This document shows, piece after piece, positions 42,344-56,600 of a DNA stretch of 64,000 bases. The stretch covers positions 49,290,001 through 49,354,000 of the forward strand of contig OX597816.1 of NCBI GenBank assembly GCA_951406725.2, given 5' to 3'. This DNA comes from Octopus vulgaris. Its lineage: Eukaryota. Made by a program: the position numbers and the translations under genes. Positions within the stretch are counted from its first letter, which is position 1, and every line of letters starts with the position of its first letter. Under the pieces are notes generated by a model. That model searched no databases, had not been told where the DNA came from, and was given only the letters and a program-made list of their open reading frames with translations.

Positions 42344-43104
42344 TTGGTTTGGATTTGAAAACACTGAAAGTGAGAGCATACCCTTTCGGCTTCTCATCGC
42401 TTTCGAAGATCTGCTCGTAACTAACAGTGCCAACAAACTCAAATATGCAAGCGAAGAATTTCTGTTCTCCCCTTTCCACCAGCGTGGGTTAAAATCAGCA
42501 AACACTATGCTTATTTCGGTAAAATCCGAAGCATTAATTAGAGGGAGATTAATTATAATTTCAACAATTGAGGGTAAAATTAATTAATTATTAATCGATT
42601 TCACCAAGTGTTCAGTATGCAAAGGGACCATTTAAGGCGAATTCAAATTATTACATTATATAAAAGGGCTTAGTAAAATAAATTACTTTGCCGCATACTG
42701 AACTCATTAGAAATAGCAGCTTATATAGAGGGCATTATTACACGTAAATGCCGCACGCTACGAGGGACTTTTAAAGTCAAATTTAAAAACCAAAATAAAC
42801 ATATTGTACCGAATGCAATTCTCGAAGCAAGTCATTTAAAAACAGAATTTAGTTGCAGATCACCAGTGATTTCGCAATCAACGCAGTGTCTGCGTCCCTT
42901 GCTCCTCAGTACAGCGAATTCAAGATTTATAATGAATGAACAAAATCAACATACCAGACGAACAACCGCCGTATCCAGCGTAGCACATATAACTGTTCAC
43001 CCCTTATATATCTATGTAATAAATGGCGGGCTTTTTCGAATTGGATTTCGGTAACAACTTGCTGTATGTATGTATGTATGTATGTATGTATGTATGTATG
43101 TATG

Positions 43105-43155
<51 letters not shown>

Positions 43156-43281
43156 GTAGACGTATATGTGTATATATATATATATCGATATGTATGTATG
43201 TATATATATATATATATATGTATATATAATGTATGTATATATATATATGTTTGTATACATAATGTATGTATATATATATAT

Positions 43282-43465
43282 ATTGTTATTATATGCATAT
43301 TTATAACACGAGATTGGCATTATGTCTCTCAACGCGCTGAAAATAGACGCCAAAAAACGGGAGCTTTTTAAAGTTGTGTTCGCATCATTTGGCGTTTATT
43401 TTCAGCGCGTGGAGAGGCATAATGACAAACTCTTGTTGTAATTATGTATATAATTATTATAATAT
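43282..43465. repeat. Long imperfect inverted repeat (arms of about 70 bp, 33-bp spacer)
   Basis: cattatgtctctcaacgcgctgaaaatagacgccaaa pairs with tttggcgtttattttcagcgcgtggagaggcataatg. Confidence 0.85.
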
Positions 43466-43738
43466 TTGGAAAATTTACCTATCAGGTATTTTTTTATATT
43501 TTCGCGCTGGCCTCCTGATAGAATAATAAATGATTTTATAATTCATTATATAACATATATATGTCTGTGTGTGTTCTGTGTGTATGCGTGTGTAAGTGTG
43601 TATATACTATGTACGAAATTTCCACATTTAATTGCATATTTTTAAAAGGACGTACTTTCCGCGATTCTATTCATGTAGGTACTTTAAGACAACTTACATA
43701 CGTGTACAGATATCATTGTGTCAACATTCATATGTATA

Positions 43739-43772
<34 letters not shown>

Positions 43773-43773
<1 letters not shown>

Positions 43774-43955
43774 TTCTTTACTACCCACAAGGGGCAAAAC
43801 AAAGAGGGGACAAACAAGGACAGGCAAATGGATTAAGTCGATTACATCGACCCCAGTGCATAACTGGTACTTAATTTATCGCCCCCGAAAGGATGAAAGG
43901 CAAAATCCACCTCGGCGGATTTTGAACTCAGAACGTAATGGCAGACGAAATACTG
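43773..43955 (-). mobile_element. SINE family B (long-tail variant), 5'-truncated
   Basis: ttctttactacccacaagggg..gattacatcgaccccagtg..gaactcagaacgtaa. Confidence 0.85.
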
Positions 43956-43988
43956 CTTATGAATATAAGGCGGCGAGCTAGCAGAAAC

Positions 43989-44025
<37 letters not shown>

Positions 44026-46773
44026 ATACTCACACATATAAATATACGCAAAGAAATGCACGCACGTATCTTGATTTTCAGTTAGCTGATATTGAATCAC
44101 GAGATTTGGAATATTTTCATACGTAATACTCAATGCAAAGTAAAATTGTAATTTCGTAAACTTCATATTGAATGGCAACTCGAGGAATTATTTTTAAGAA
44201 TCCGGATGTATTCGGCGAAATGAAATCTTCCGTGCTGTTGTTATCGATCCATTTTCTTCATCAGTTAATCTAACCGAGTGACAGCAGAGGGTTGCTTAAA
44301 CTATTTAACTGTGTCCTCTTTTAATTAAATGAGAGTTCGTAAAGTGTTTGATCAGATAGTAGAACATATACATGTACGTGCACCCCCACAGATACACAAA
44401 TATATTAAACGGAATATTTTGTCTCTAGTGAAATCTCGTGTAATGTGTGAAATGTAAATTGGTGTACATAGTAAGTTTCGGTTTTAAACTATTAAAGTTC
44501 TAACATTGGTTCTGTATTCATATGCGACATTTCCTAAGAAGTACTTCTATAGCATCTAGAAACGTTTGAGTCTAATTTATTTACTGAGACTGATTTAGGC
44601 AGATGCTTACGTGTTTACAAATTTCAACTCTACTTTAGAAATATTTGGAGATATGGAATAATGTATAATTCGTTTTAGCGATTCTAAAGCGTTCATAATA
44701 ATTCATTAGTGAATACAGTTAATACATACTACATTTTTCGGCACTCAGGATAAGGTATTTCCTCTTGAATGATGGACAACTTGAATTGCACTCTATCTAG
44801 TTAGTAATTCTAAAGATTGATCTATTTTGCCAGTACCAACCTACTTCATCTGATGCCACAATCTTCAGGTTAATCAGTAGGTAAACACTTATCTACTAAA
44901 TCCAATTTATTACAATGTCTCCTTCTTTTCACTTTCAATGTGAAATTGTGATTATGGTTATCTGACTAATGTAGAGAATGAACGTGCCGAGGCTTTCCAC
45001 CCGGAATACAGTGTGTGTGTTGCCATTTGATATATTAATTTTATATGCATATATTGGATGTTTCAATGATGTTTTAAAAAGTTTCATGTGAAACTTTATG
45101 TGAGTTTAAAAATGCTGGATTTGTTTCTTTATCCAAGTTTCCCAGGGTTATCAATTCATAGGAACAAAAGTTCGTTTTGAACGTCATTTTATACAGACCT
45201 TACATTACGATTATTTATGATAGAGGCAGTTTGAGACGAATACGAAATATAGATGAATAAGCACTTCTATATCTCAAAAGGCTTCAGGCAGTGAACAGTA
45301 ATGGCTGTCTCTTGACTTTAGCATCCAATATTTAAAACAAAATAGAAAGCTAAAAGAGAACTCTGGTACAATGAAGGGAATAATGCTTTTATACATAAAC
45401 CGTACAGCATATATAACACATGCAAGCATTATAAAAGAGGAAAATGTGTGAAAAAACGGGCTGGGCAAATTCTCGTACGTTACGTACGGGGTATGAAATT
45501 TACAACACAATTGATGCTAATTTGAAATAGAAAAGCAAATGTATGTTATATATTGAAACCCAATAAATGCAAAGCACATAAGACTACATAAAACAGTAAA
45601 ATAATAGCACAATACAATAAAATCAAATGAATCTTCATAACAGCGAGTGCCACGCAGTAAAATCTAACACACAGGAAACAAACAAATTACTAGAAGCCAA
45701 AGTGAGACAACAAAGGCCATTATCAAAATCTTCAAAATGTTTTGACGGCCATGACTATCGATATAAAATCAATCACCCAATTTCTTAGTCACAAACAGAG
45801 TTTGCTTCAGACACAGGCCTAATAAAAGACGCAAGAAAAATGCTATCATAACAGAACAACCAGATTATCTTTGCGGAGGATCTATCAAAAATTACTCAGA
45901 GATGATTAAAACATGAATATACCAAAAATAGATTAAAATGGATCTCGATAAAGACTTGTCCAAGTGACACATGAATAAAAAGCTTGACGAAAAATTATAT
46001 AAACGTCACAGAATTCTGCAAGAAATTCTGTCCGCTGCAAGAAATTTCCTGAATATCGGGTGATTAATTGATTTGATCTATTTAATATTTGTAGTTGTAT
46101 TGAGAAAAACAGCATTAATCGTAATCGTCTGTTCCTCGCTAAAATGCTACTGAAGAAAATGGAAAGAAAATACATTACATAGATGGTAGAAAGGAAAATG
46201 ACATACCCTTACTTTGAGAAGGAAACACGCAACATGAAAAATATAAAGAAAAATAAAGAATGCAACTGACAGAAAAATATAATATCAATAAATGAGCAAA
46301 CATTCTGCAAGCGAAGTGAAGGCTTGAAGAAATCTTTTCAGCAAAAGCATGTAGAATTAATCGCTTCCTAAAACATGAACGCTCTTTCCATGAAAACAAA
46401 GTTTGTGAATCAAATATCAGATATTATACAGAAACATTAACGAAAAGAAATATTACACTTAATACAAACACACAATCCATGAACCCGTACAATTCAGCAG
46501 AATGTTTACTCATGTGGAAAGCAATAAATAATTACTACAGGAGCAGAAAGGATGCCATAATAGGATGTTCAGAGCTATAAAGGTCACCTACTTAGACCGA
46601 AATTTCTAGAAGTCAGTCAAAAGAGAAAAAAACTTTATTATGGCCTGGATTACTTAACGGAAATCATATGACAGTATCTCATGAATACACGTATACACAG
46701 ACCGAAAAAATAAACCGTAGAAATATAAACACGCTGCAATAGCTATTTCAACGATAAAAGAAAGCACAATTAA

Positions 46774-47545
46774 ATTGGGTTGGCAACTAAATTCAGGCCG
46801 TATTTTTTAAAAATTAAAATTTAAAAAAAATGTTTAATAAAAAATAACTAATTAATCAATAATGTATTCACCCTTGTTGTTTACAACTTCTTCCCAATGT
46901 TCAACAAGATTTTCAATACCTCGTTGGTAGAAATCACCCGATTTCAACTCGAAAAATTGATCCAGCCAAGCTCTCAATTCTGCATTAGTATTGAACGAAA
47001 CTCCGCGCATAGCATTTGAAAGAAATCGAAAGATGTGGAAATCCGTTGGTGCCAAATCAGGAGAGTACGGCGGGTGTGGCAGCACTTTCCAGCCATGCTT
47101 TTGAATGGCTTCCTTGGTCATATTGGCGATATGAGGGCGAGCGTTGTCGTACAGCAGAAGAATTCCATGCTGCCGATAGGTCTTTTCTATTGAATAGCCG
47201 TGTTGAATCGTTCCATCTGTTGAATATAGAGTTCCGCGTTGACCGTTTGGTTCTGTTCAAGCAATTCGTAATGGATAATCCTTTCCCAGTCCCACCATAC
47301 GCAAAACATCGTTTTACGTGGATGAAGATCTTGTTTCATGCGCGGTGTCACTTGTTTACCGGGGCTAAGCCATTCATTACGCTGCTTCATATTGATGTAC
47401 AGGCACCATTTTCGTCGCCACTAACGATTCGGTATAGAAATTATTGCTTGTGTCCATAAGTTCAGCGGTGATAAGCAAACAAATCAGGGGAGATTGTGGC
47501 TCGTTGATTTTTGTTGTAGTCACTTAAAGCATGCGAAACACATGC
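46774..47545 (-). mobile_element. mariner (DD34D) transposon, 3' half with one TIR; transposase frameshifted
   Basis: Motifs CVSHALS (WVPHEL-like), IVSGDE, CVWWDW, YDNARPH and HPPYSPDLAPTDF. TIR attgggttggcaactaa at about 46774. Confidence 0.92.
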
Positions 47546-47671
47546 TCCATAAGTATGGTAAATGGTAACAATACATGTTCTCTCAGATATATGCTCTTCA
47601 TGTTCAAAAGAAGGAAAATGTTCGCGCGTGATAAAGTCACCAATGATGATTATGGTAATGATGATGATGAA

Positions 47672-47702
<31 letters not shown>

Positions 47703-47704
47703 CT

Positions 47705-47746
<42 letters not shown>

Positions 47747-48381
47747 AATAATAATAATGATAACAACAACAACAATAAAAAAGATTCAGGGAAAACATTG
47801 ATTCTCCCCAAGAGAAGAAATGCTTTCAGTAAAAGAAACACTGTGATAAAATGTCCAAGCAAAGTTCAAAGAATACGAAGTTTTGAGAAGAGAAACAAGT
47901 TTTATAAGCAAAACAAGCTGTTCACATCTAATGCGAAAACATTCTAGAGAGAAATCGGGAAGGAGAAAATAACCGTTGAAGAACTACTCCCATGGAAGAA
48001 GTTGAAAAATTCTAGAAAGATATCTGGTGTGATAAAAAGACAATGACGATGACAATGACAAAATAGGGCAGATATTGTATTCACCTCAATAGACGTTATT
48101 GATTGGTTGAAATTGCCAAAATGCAAGGAATTAAACAACAAATAGCTTACAAACTATAGAATTTTCTCAGGAAAGCCAAGTGAAAAAGATGTTTTATGTA
48201 ACACACTACCAGTATACGAAGTTTAAAAGTGTTTAGTTACAAAGAAATTATTAAAAAAATCTACCAGTCGAAGTGAAAAGATCCAATGCATGTTCGAGTA
48301 GTGCTGTCTGGTACGTGAACGATTCAACTAGCACGCCGCCTTAGTAGTAGTAGTAGTAGTAGTAATGATAATAATAATAAT

Positions 48382-48457
<76 letters not shown>

Positions 48458-48483
48458 TTAATAATAATAATAATAATAATAAG

Positions 48484-48682
48484 CCTCTCTACTATATGCA
48501 TCAGGTCTGAAAATTTGGGGAGGGGACTGGTTGATTACATTGAATTACATTTGTTTTTTGACCCATAAGGGATGAAAGGCAAAGTCGACATGGGCAGAAT
48601 TTGAACTCAGAACGTTTTTAAGACGGACGAAATGTCGCTAAGCTTTCGTCCGCCGTGCTAACGATTCTGTTAGCTCGCCGTC
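48484..48682 (-). mobile_element. SINE family B
   Basis: gatgaaaggcaaagtcgac..atttgaactcagaacg..gctcgccg, between (TAA)n and (TAG)n. Confidence 0.85.
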
Positions 48683-48702
48683 TTAGTAGTAGTAGTAGTA
48701 GC

Positions 48703-48734
<32 letters not shown>

Positions 48735-48882
48735 AAGTAGTAGTATCAGCAGTAGTAATAATAATACTCTTAAGAATAATATTGTGCTTGGTAGAAACTA
48801 GAAATTTTTGTAATATTTGAAAAGGAAAAATACAGCAATTGAAGGAAAATTTTATACGATATGTTATATATTTTAATGTGAT

Positions 48883-48928
<46 letters not shown>

Positions 48929-49070
48929 TACATACACACACACACACACACACGCATATATATATATATATAACATGTTTCTATGTGTGCGTGCGTGTGC
49001 GCATGTGTGTGTGTGTTTGTGTATGTGTCTATATATATGTTTTCCCTTCCTTGGACCTTTCCTTTCTCTA

Positions 49071-49107
49071 TGATTCTGATGAAGAGCTTCGCTCGAAACG
49101 TTAAATC
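49071..49107 (+). ncRNA. Minimal type I hammerhead ribozyme motif in a solo pLTR-like fragment (about 49040-49207)
   Basis: gatt-CTGATGA-a-gagc-ttc-gctc-GAA-ACGT-T-aaatc. 4-bp stem II, palindromic ACGT stem III. Flanked by TA and TATC microsatellites. Confidence 0.8.
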
Positions 49108-49208
49108 CTCCTTCCTTCTTTCCTTTCCTGAACGTCCAATAACACTATACTTGTTCCACGCCCTCGCGTCGTTGTTTTCTCTTTGTGTCCTCATGTTTAG
49201 ATTAACCA

Positions 49209-49280
<72 letters not shown>

Positions 49281-49287
49281 CTATCTA

Positions 49288-49382
<95 letters not shown>

Positions 49383-49490
49383 CAAATATGAGGGTAAGTA
49401 ATTATCAATTTAAAATTAACAAAGTTTACCAAGTAGTTTCGGTCTGGAAATATAACCACTATCGGTAGGAACTTTTACAAAAAGGAACTT

Positions 49491-49606
<116 letters not shown>

Positions 49607-50092
49607 CTCATAAATAAATGATAGGGGAGATGTTCAATGCACCCTTCTATATTTCCCATGCTGGAAAACAATTAACTTAGATAATGCGCAGGACTGTGTA
49701 TATGTGTTGAAATGTGTGTGCATTCATGTATATGTGTAATCAATGTATTTCAGTTTTATGCCAATACTGGAACAGGTAGAAAGAATATATTGATATATGC
49801 AAATTTTTTTTCCTGAATAGAAATAAAAACCACCTCAATATTTCTTTAAAACTGTGTCAGAAAGTTTCATTGTACAATATTTGTACTTTAAACATAATAC
49901 CATACTTCTATATTACACACATGTATGTCATCTCTCGAATGACGTATAATAGAAAATAATGTAAATATCGAGCCCCCAATATATAAATGGTTTCCATTAC
50001 AATTTTCCATTCTTAAGCAAACCAATTCCCCATCGGCCACTCAGTAAATATATTTTAGCAGCTCTAGTATTTATCTTTCTAAACACGTCGTT

Positions 50093-50173
<81 letters not shown>

Positions 50174-50624
50174 TGTATGTATGTATGTATGTATTAAGGT
50201 GTGTGTGTATACATTTATATATGTTGTTTTTTGGGAAGCACACATTCACCAAACAATAAATTATATCTAAACGCCCTATTTTATCGTATGAACCTTTAGT
50301 CATATATTGTTCAAATAGTAACTTATTACTTATGCCAACTGTGGAATTCTACTCCTCACAACATTACAGGGAATACTGAACACAGTTAATTGCAAAGTAC
50401 AGATGTTTAAAGAGGGAAAGGGATAAAATATGACTTCGTATGACATGTCCAAACGGGCATGTTTATAATATATAGATTCTTTTATATGAACACGGGCAAA
50501 TAATTTATTATATTTAAACCAAAATCAATAGTGTGCTTATGGTGTTTCGCATATTAGATTAATATAAATAGTTTAACTTATATAGTATCAAAATGAAATT
50601 ATATTAATGGTGTATATATATATT

Positions 50625-50689
<65 letters not shown>

Positions 50690-50690
<1 letters not shown>

Positions 50691-50875
50691 TGTTTTTGTG
50701 TCTGTGTTTGTCCCCTAAACATCGCTTGACAACCGATGCTGGTGTGTTTACGGCAAAAGAGACGGATAGAATAAGTTCTAGTTTTATAACAAATAAATCC
50801 TGGGGTCGAATTGCTTAACTAAAGGCGGTGCTCCAGCTTGGTCGCAGTCAAATGACTGAAACAGTTAGAAGAATA
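50690..50875 (+). mobile_element. SINE family C, 3' half
   Basis: gcttgacaaccgatgctggtgtgttta..ggcggtgctccagc..gcagtcaaatgactgaaac. Confidence 0.85.
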
Positions 50876-51666
50876 AAAAAAATGTATACGTAACATTACT
50901 GGGCTTAGTAAATTAATGTGGTCTCTAAAGGAACATAATAAACAATTTGATTTGGAATGGAATATTCTATCTAGATTCTTTCCTTATGATACAGGTAAAT
51001 AATTTTGCTCATTCTGTAACGATGAACTGTATTTCATCTTGTTCTCAGAGAATCCTCTTGTAAACACATTTGAAAACGCGTTTATCGTTGCAAAGATTGG
51101 CAAAAACATACCTTTAATTTCTATGTTATTTCTACCAGTATATAAAATTCGATCTTTAACTGTCCTCTTACATTTCACTTCCACTAAATATATCTATTTC
51201 CACGTCTTTAATCTGTATTCCTATTCACCTATCGTACTATATTTCTTCGCTTTTAGTTTTCTGCTAATTTCTTTCTTCCTCGTTCTCTTTGTATAAATTG
51301 CCTTTGACCTTATATCTATTAACAGTATTTAAAAAAAATACTTTACCAACGTTCCCTTCATCATATACGCACAAATCATATTCTGTTAAAATGTCTTATT
51401 GATGCGTTTTGCTTCTCTTTTTTTCCCCGATGAGAAGATTGCATTGTTTTACATCATTTTATTCCTTCTGGAATAATACCAATGTTTTCTTCGAAACATA
51501 CGTCGGAAGTATAAAGATTTGAATAACGCCTGCGTTTGAATAAAATTATTTATTTATTTATTTATCTCTCTATACTTACATACACATACATACATACATA
51601 CATACATACACACATACATACACACATATATATATATATATCTATATACATACATATATACATGTA

Positions 51667-51708
<42 letters not shown>

Positions 51709-51716
51709 CACATACA

Positions 51717-51798
<82 letters not shown>

Positions 51799-52839
51799 TA
51801 CAAAGAGTGAATGAGAGGGAGAGATTATGGTGTAGATATATGAAATACATTCACATACATAAACAAATGTTTAATGTATATATGGATGTATAGATACTCA
51901 AAAGGTGGAAATAATTAGAAGAAGAACACTGATGTATAAGCACATAGCTATCTATATATCTACAAAATAGATAATCTTGCATGGAGTACGAAATGTATAG
52001 AACACTAAAGGGAGGGGGCATATTATTTCAAGCCCGACAGCTGTTTCTTGTGGCTGAAAATTACGTAATAGTTTTAATGATCATAAGTAGCATATGAACT
52101 GTGCAAAGGATTCTGGTAAAAAATGTCGAGAGAACCTTTGCCCAGTTATTTTTCGCACTCTCAATGCTGCTATAGTTTCATCTAACAAACCCTATTTTTC
52201 ATAGTCAGACTGTTAGAGAACAACCAGGAAATCTGGTAACATCAGCGACTGTTTTTCTTGGATTACGTAAAGTCAAATCTTCAGAAGTATAAGTTGCCTA
52301 TAATTGTTGAGGTTGTTTTATTAATACGTATTAATGTCAACAAGACTCTTCAAACAGGTCGAATGCTTTTAAGATCCGAGCAGAACGCAATCAGCACTTC
52401 TTCAGAAGGAACAATAGCGCCCATTGGCAGATTATAATGGAACTCTATCATTTGAGATTATTTCTGTTTTAAGAGAGCCGATGTAACCTTCGAAAGGTTT
52501 TTAGAATGACCTCTATTTGTTATAATATTTTTTTCATTTTTGCCCAGCCTACAGAGATTTTTACGTCAATGAATATGTGTTCTCCCTCTTCACCACAGCA
52601 AAATCCGTACGAGGAATCCGGCAAGTGTTAGACCTCAGTATAAACTGATGTGTGCTTTTATATACTAAGTATCGGCTTGATTTCCGAAGACCTGCGAATC
52701 TTCGAGGTGTGGTATAATATTATAATGTTTATTTTGTGCAAATTGTTGTTACCCATTGCATTTGTCTTATATTGCCTTTTCCCTTGGGTGGAAGGTTTTT
52801 TTCCTTCAGATTTGTGAAATATTTGATGGTTTGGACACT

Positions 52840-54610
52840 TTCATTTGCAAACATTGTTCATAGTTTCAAAGTAAAGGATTGGTTCTAGTGGGTCATAAAT
52901 TTGAGATATGTGAACTCGATGATAGAAGAAAATCGAATTGTACTTTATCCCACAGAAATTTTGAATTCAGTAAATATCTGGTCTCACACATCACACCATC
53001 AAAACCGAAACGAGATGCTACTATTTCTAAAACGTTGGCAAAGTTAGACAGGTGTTAATGGTTTCCCGGATTTCTTTTCAACTGTCGAATACCAACTTAC
53101 CATACAATATAAAATGACTGAACTGTTCTTTTTAAGACCTGCTTTCGTTATGCCAAAAAATGAGAAAGAACTACATGGTTGAAAAAGCAGCGGGTTTTGT
53201 CATCCAACTCTAGTGCTCACGCACGAAAAATGGTATGGTTTGCGATGAAACAATCCTAATTTTTTTTTGTAGATCAATGAAAGTTCAACTGAATATCCAA
53301 AGTTAAACAGAATAATGATCAAACTATAACATTGACTAGGAGTGCTGTTTAAAGAGATGTTATCTAAGTATATATAAATATCAACTTAAAACATTTACAG
53401 AAATAATTATAATGGAACTCTCTCATTTGAGATTATTTCTGTTTTAAGAGAGTCGATGTAACCTTCGAAAAGTTTTTAGAATGGCCTCTATTTGTTACAA
53501 TATTTTTCAGTTAAATATTCTTAATTAAACAATGTTAAAATATTATTTGTTAAGCCTTCACTGAGTTTGACAAGCAAAATTTGAATAACTTACGCAATTA
53601 AAAATCACCAAATGTAGCATCTATTTTCTGAGAATTCTTTGCCTTTCAACTGAATATGTTTAATATCAAGATGGCATTTTAAAAAGAACAATTTTGACTT
53701 AAAATTTTTTATTTCCCCATCATTCAATAGCACGACTTCCGAACTAGTTTTCTGTAAATAGGGATTTTACTCGCTGTAACTTAACAGGAATAACAAACAA
53801 ATAAACGATTGTGAAAGCTCGCTAAACTTATGTTAACGTCAATTACGCATATTTTGAACTAAAACTTTTCTAAGCAAACTTTTCAAAGGTAAGGCGCTAT
53901 TTATTACCACGTAGTTATATTAACCTTTGCGCCATCGCAATGAATGTGATATAAAGTATTACATTTTGACTTAAAACTGCATGTAAATTTTATCGAAATT
54001 CGTGTGACAAGGTTATATCACTACTGTTGCAACTTAAGTTATCTTAAAGTTTGTTTAAGATCCTTTACAAAGTAGATTATTGTCAGATTCTTGACATTTG
54101 ACGATATACATTAATGGTTAAGAATGCTATTTAGGTATTCTTATAGCGGTTACTGATAATGGTAGAGCATTGGATTACTTTAAACATTCATAAGTCCTTG
54201 CTTTAATTATCAATATCAGTCAGTATGAAATTCAACAGAAGCTGGAATAGCGAAAGTTAATAAGGACAAGACAACGAACCAAATATGATATAAATAATAA
54301 ATATATTTGCAGACAAGATATTAGTTACTAAGAGTCGCGCTTAGAAATGCTATTGTGAAGATGACAAAATTGCTAATCATATGTGTGAGATTTCCATTCA
54401 AATATTTAACATATTCCGGTGTATATATTCTGACACATACATAAACAGAAGTAGAAAGATAAACGTATTCGAGACATTGTCTATGATAACAAACTAAAAG
54501 GGAGAAGCTAAGCGAGAAGAATACACGACATTAGTTGCAGCAAACTTATGAACGGGAGCTTGCAATGTCTCGTAAATAATAATTCTGCGGAAAATGTGTT
54601 GATTCCAATG

Positions 54611-54685
<75 letters not shown>

Positions 54686-56329
54686 ACACGCACACAGAAA
54701 TATAGCTCATTATAAACAAAGGTAGACTGAACAATAATTCAAACTCGAACGTATTAATTAGAATTTCACAACATATTGTAATTACGTTCGAAATGTCTTT
54801 TTATAGTTATTAAATGGCGAGCTGGCAGAAACGTTAGCACGCCGGGCGAAATGCTCAGCAGTATTCCGTCTGCCGTTACATTCTGAGTTCTAATTCCGGC
54901 GAATTTATTTTAAAATTATTTATCTATCTATCTATCTATTATTATCTATCTATATCTATGTATGTATGTATGTATAAGGAAAATTTACGCCGAAGCAATG
55001 CTAGGATCCTACTTACCTGAAGACAAGCTTTTATACTGGTACTGTTGGAGCATATTTATGCAATAATGTGTATAAATATGCAACATTTAACAATCCCCAG
55101 CTCACAATGATGCGCCCAGACAGTTGTAGTGAATTGTAATAAAGCCTGTTCATTTCTTCTTATTGTATTAATATTCTTTTACATATACGTATCCAGTGAA
55201 AGGAGAACTCCTACTGTATGACAGCGGTGGTAGCAGATACTCGAAGAGGAGCATCGGAAAGCACGCTTTAAGGTTTTTCAGCAAGTTAATATAATATTAC
55301 ACACGGACACACACACAAACTCCCACACACACTCACACACACACGCGCACACACACACATGTATATACATGTGTGTTTGTGCATTTGTGCGGTTGTGATC
55401 TTTGAGATTCGGTTAAGTACTTCATAGAATTCAAGCCGTTCGCTGGCAACGTAACAGGAATGTTTTTGCTTGAATGAATTCAATTTGTGACATTTAGGAA
55501 TATGATAGATAGAACACCTATATATATGAAAGAGCATATGTGGACGTATTCGTATTGTGCATATTTTTCTTTTAATTTGAAAACTGCGTGTTTTATTTTA
55601 CGTATGTGTACTGTCATATGGTCATGCGCATTTGTCCATATATTCACTAATGGGAACTCAACAGGCAATTAGTTGGAATATTTTATAAATCCGCACTCTA
55701 CCACTAATGGATTGTATCTAGATGATGCGTGATCCTTTCCTTTGATTTTTCTTGAAGAAACTCAGCATTTCCAGGCTTTTATGTAAATCTGTTGATACAA
55801 AACCCGGTGCACCGATGATAGGAGAAAAGAAATGAAAACATATAGCCCTAAAATAAGAGCTATATATGTTTCATTTACGGGTAAAACGTGGACATTTAGA
55901 TATTTATTTATCGCTGTTATAGATGGGGATTTAGAATTTGTCACTCGTTACTTAATAGCAAACATATAACATGCAAAATGATATGTGTTATATTTATCGC
56001 AGTTCCAAGAATGCTACATTCCTTGTTGATAATGTACACTACGTTTTGCTTACACATTTTAGTCTGGCTAACTTGGTTCATATCGAACATCTGTAAACTC
56101 AAATACCTATATGGACTAAATTTATGCCTCTGACACAAGACCTCCATTTACCATAGAGACTGTAGGGGATATTGATAGTATGTAATCGTGGAATTCAAGT
56201 TGTTTCAAGTGTCTTATCTAGTATCCCAAGCGTTGGCACTACTACTGGCACTGCAAAAATCATTACAAGAAGTTGTCCCATTAAATATAGATATATCCCA
56301 GCTCTGAAGTTTACCGAAATTGTTTTATG

Positions 56330-56383
<54 letters not shown>

Positions 56384-56384
56384 A

Positions 56385-56441
<57 letters not shown>

Positions 56442-56442
56442 C

Positions 56443-56487
<45 letters not shown>

Positions 56488-56526
56488 CATACATATATAT
56501 ATGTATATATATATATATATATATAT

Positions 56527-56600
<74 letters not shown>

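Larger units (their letters stand above)
41535..42721 (-). repeat. 560-bp tandem repeat (2 units plus about 65 bp), one HHR per unit
   Basis: Unit starts at 41536, 42096 and 42656. I see only two substitutions between units 1 and 2. The left end abuts (TA)n. Confidence 0.95.

Noticed and set aside
41659-42587. Duplicated 122-aa ORF in the 560-bp units
   Set aside because: TTG start, no recognisable domain, antisense to the HHR. Its conservation only reflects the recent duplication.
41535-42721. CRISPR array or LTR retrotransposon interpretation of the tandem repeat
   Set aside because: No spacers, cas genes, TG..CA ends, PBS/PPT or internal ORF; eukaryotic context.
45600-46740. Possible very old PLE RT/GIY-YIG remnants (also about 27110-27520)
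   Set aside because: Only scattered 3-5 residue resemblances; too decayed to annotate by eye.
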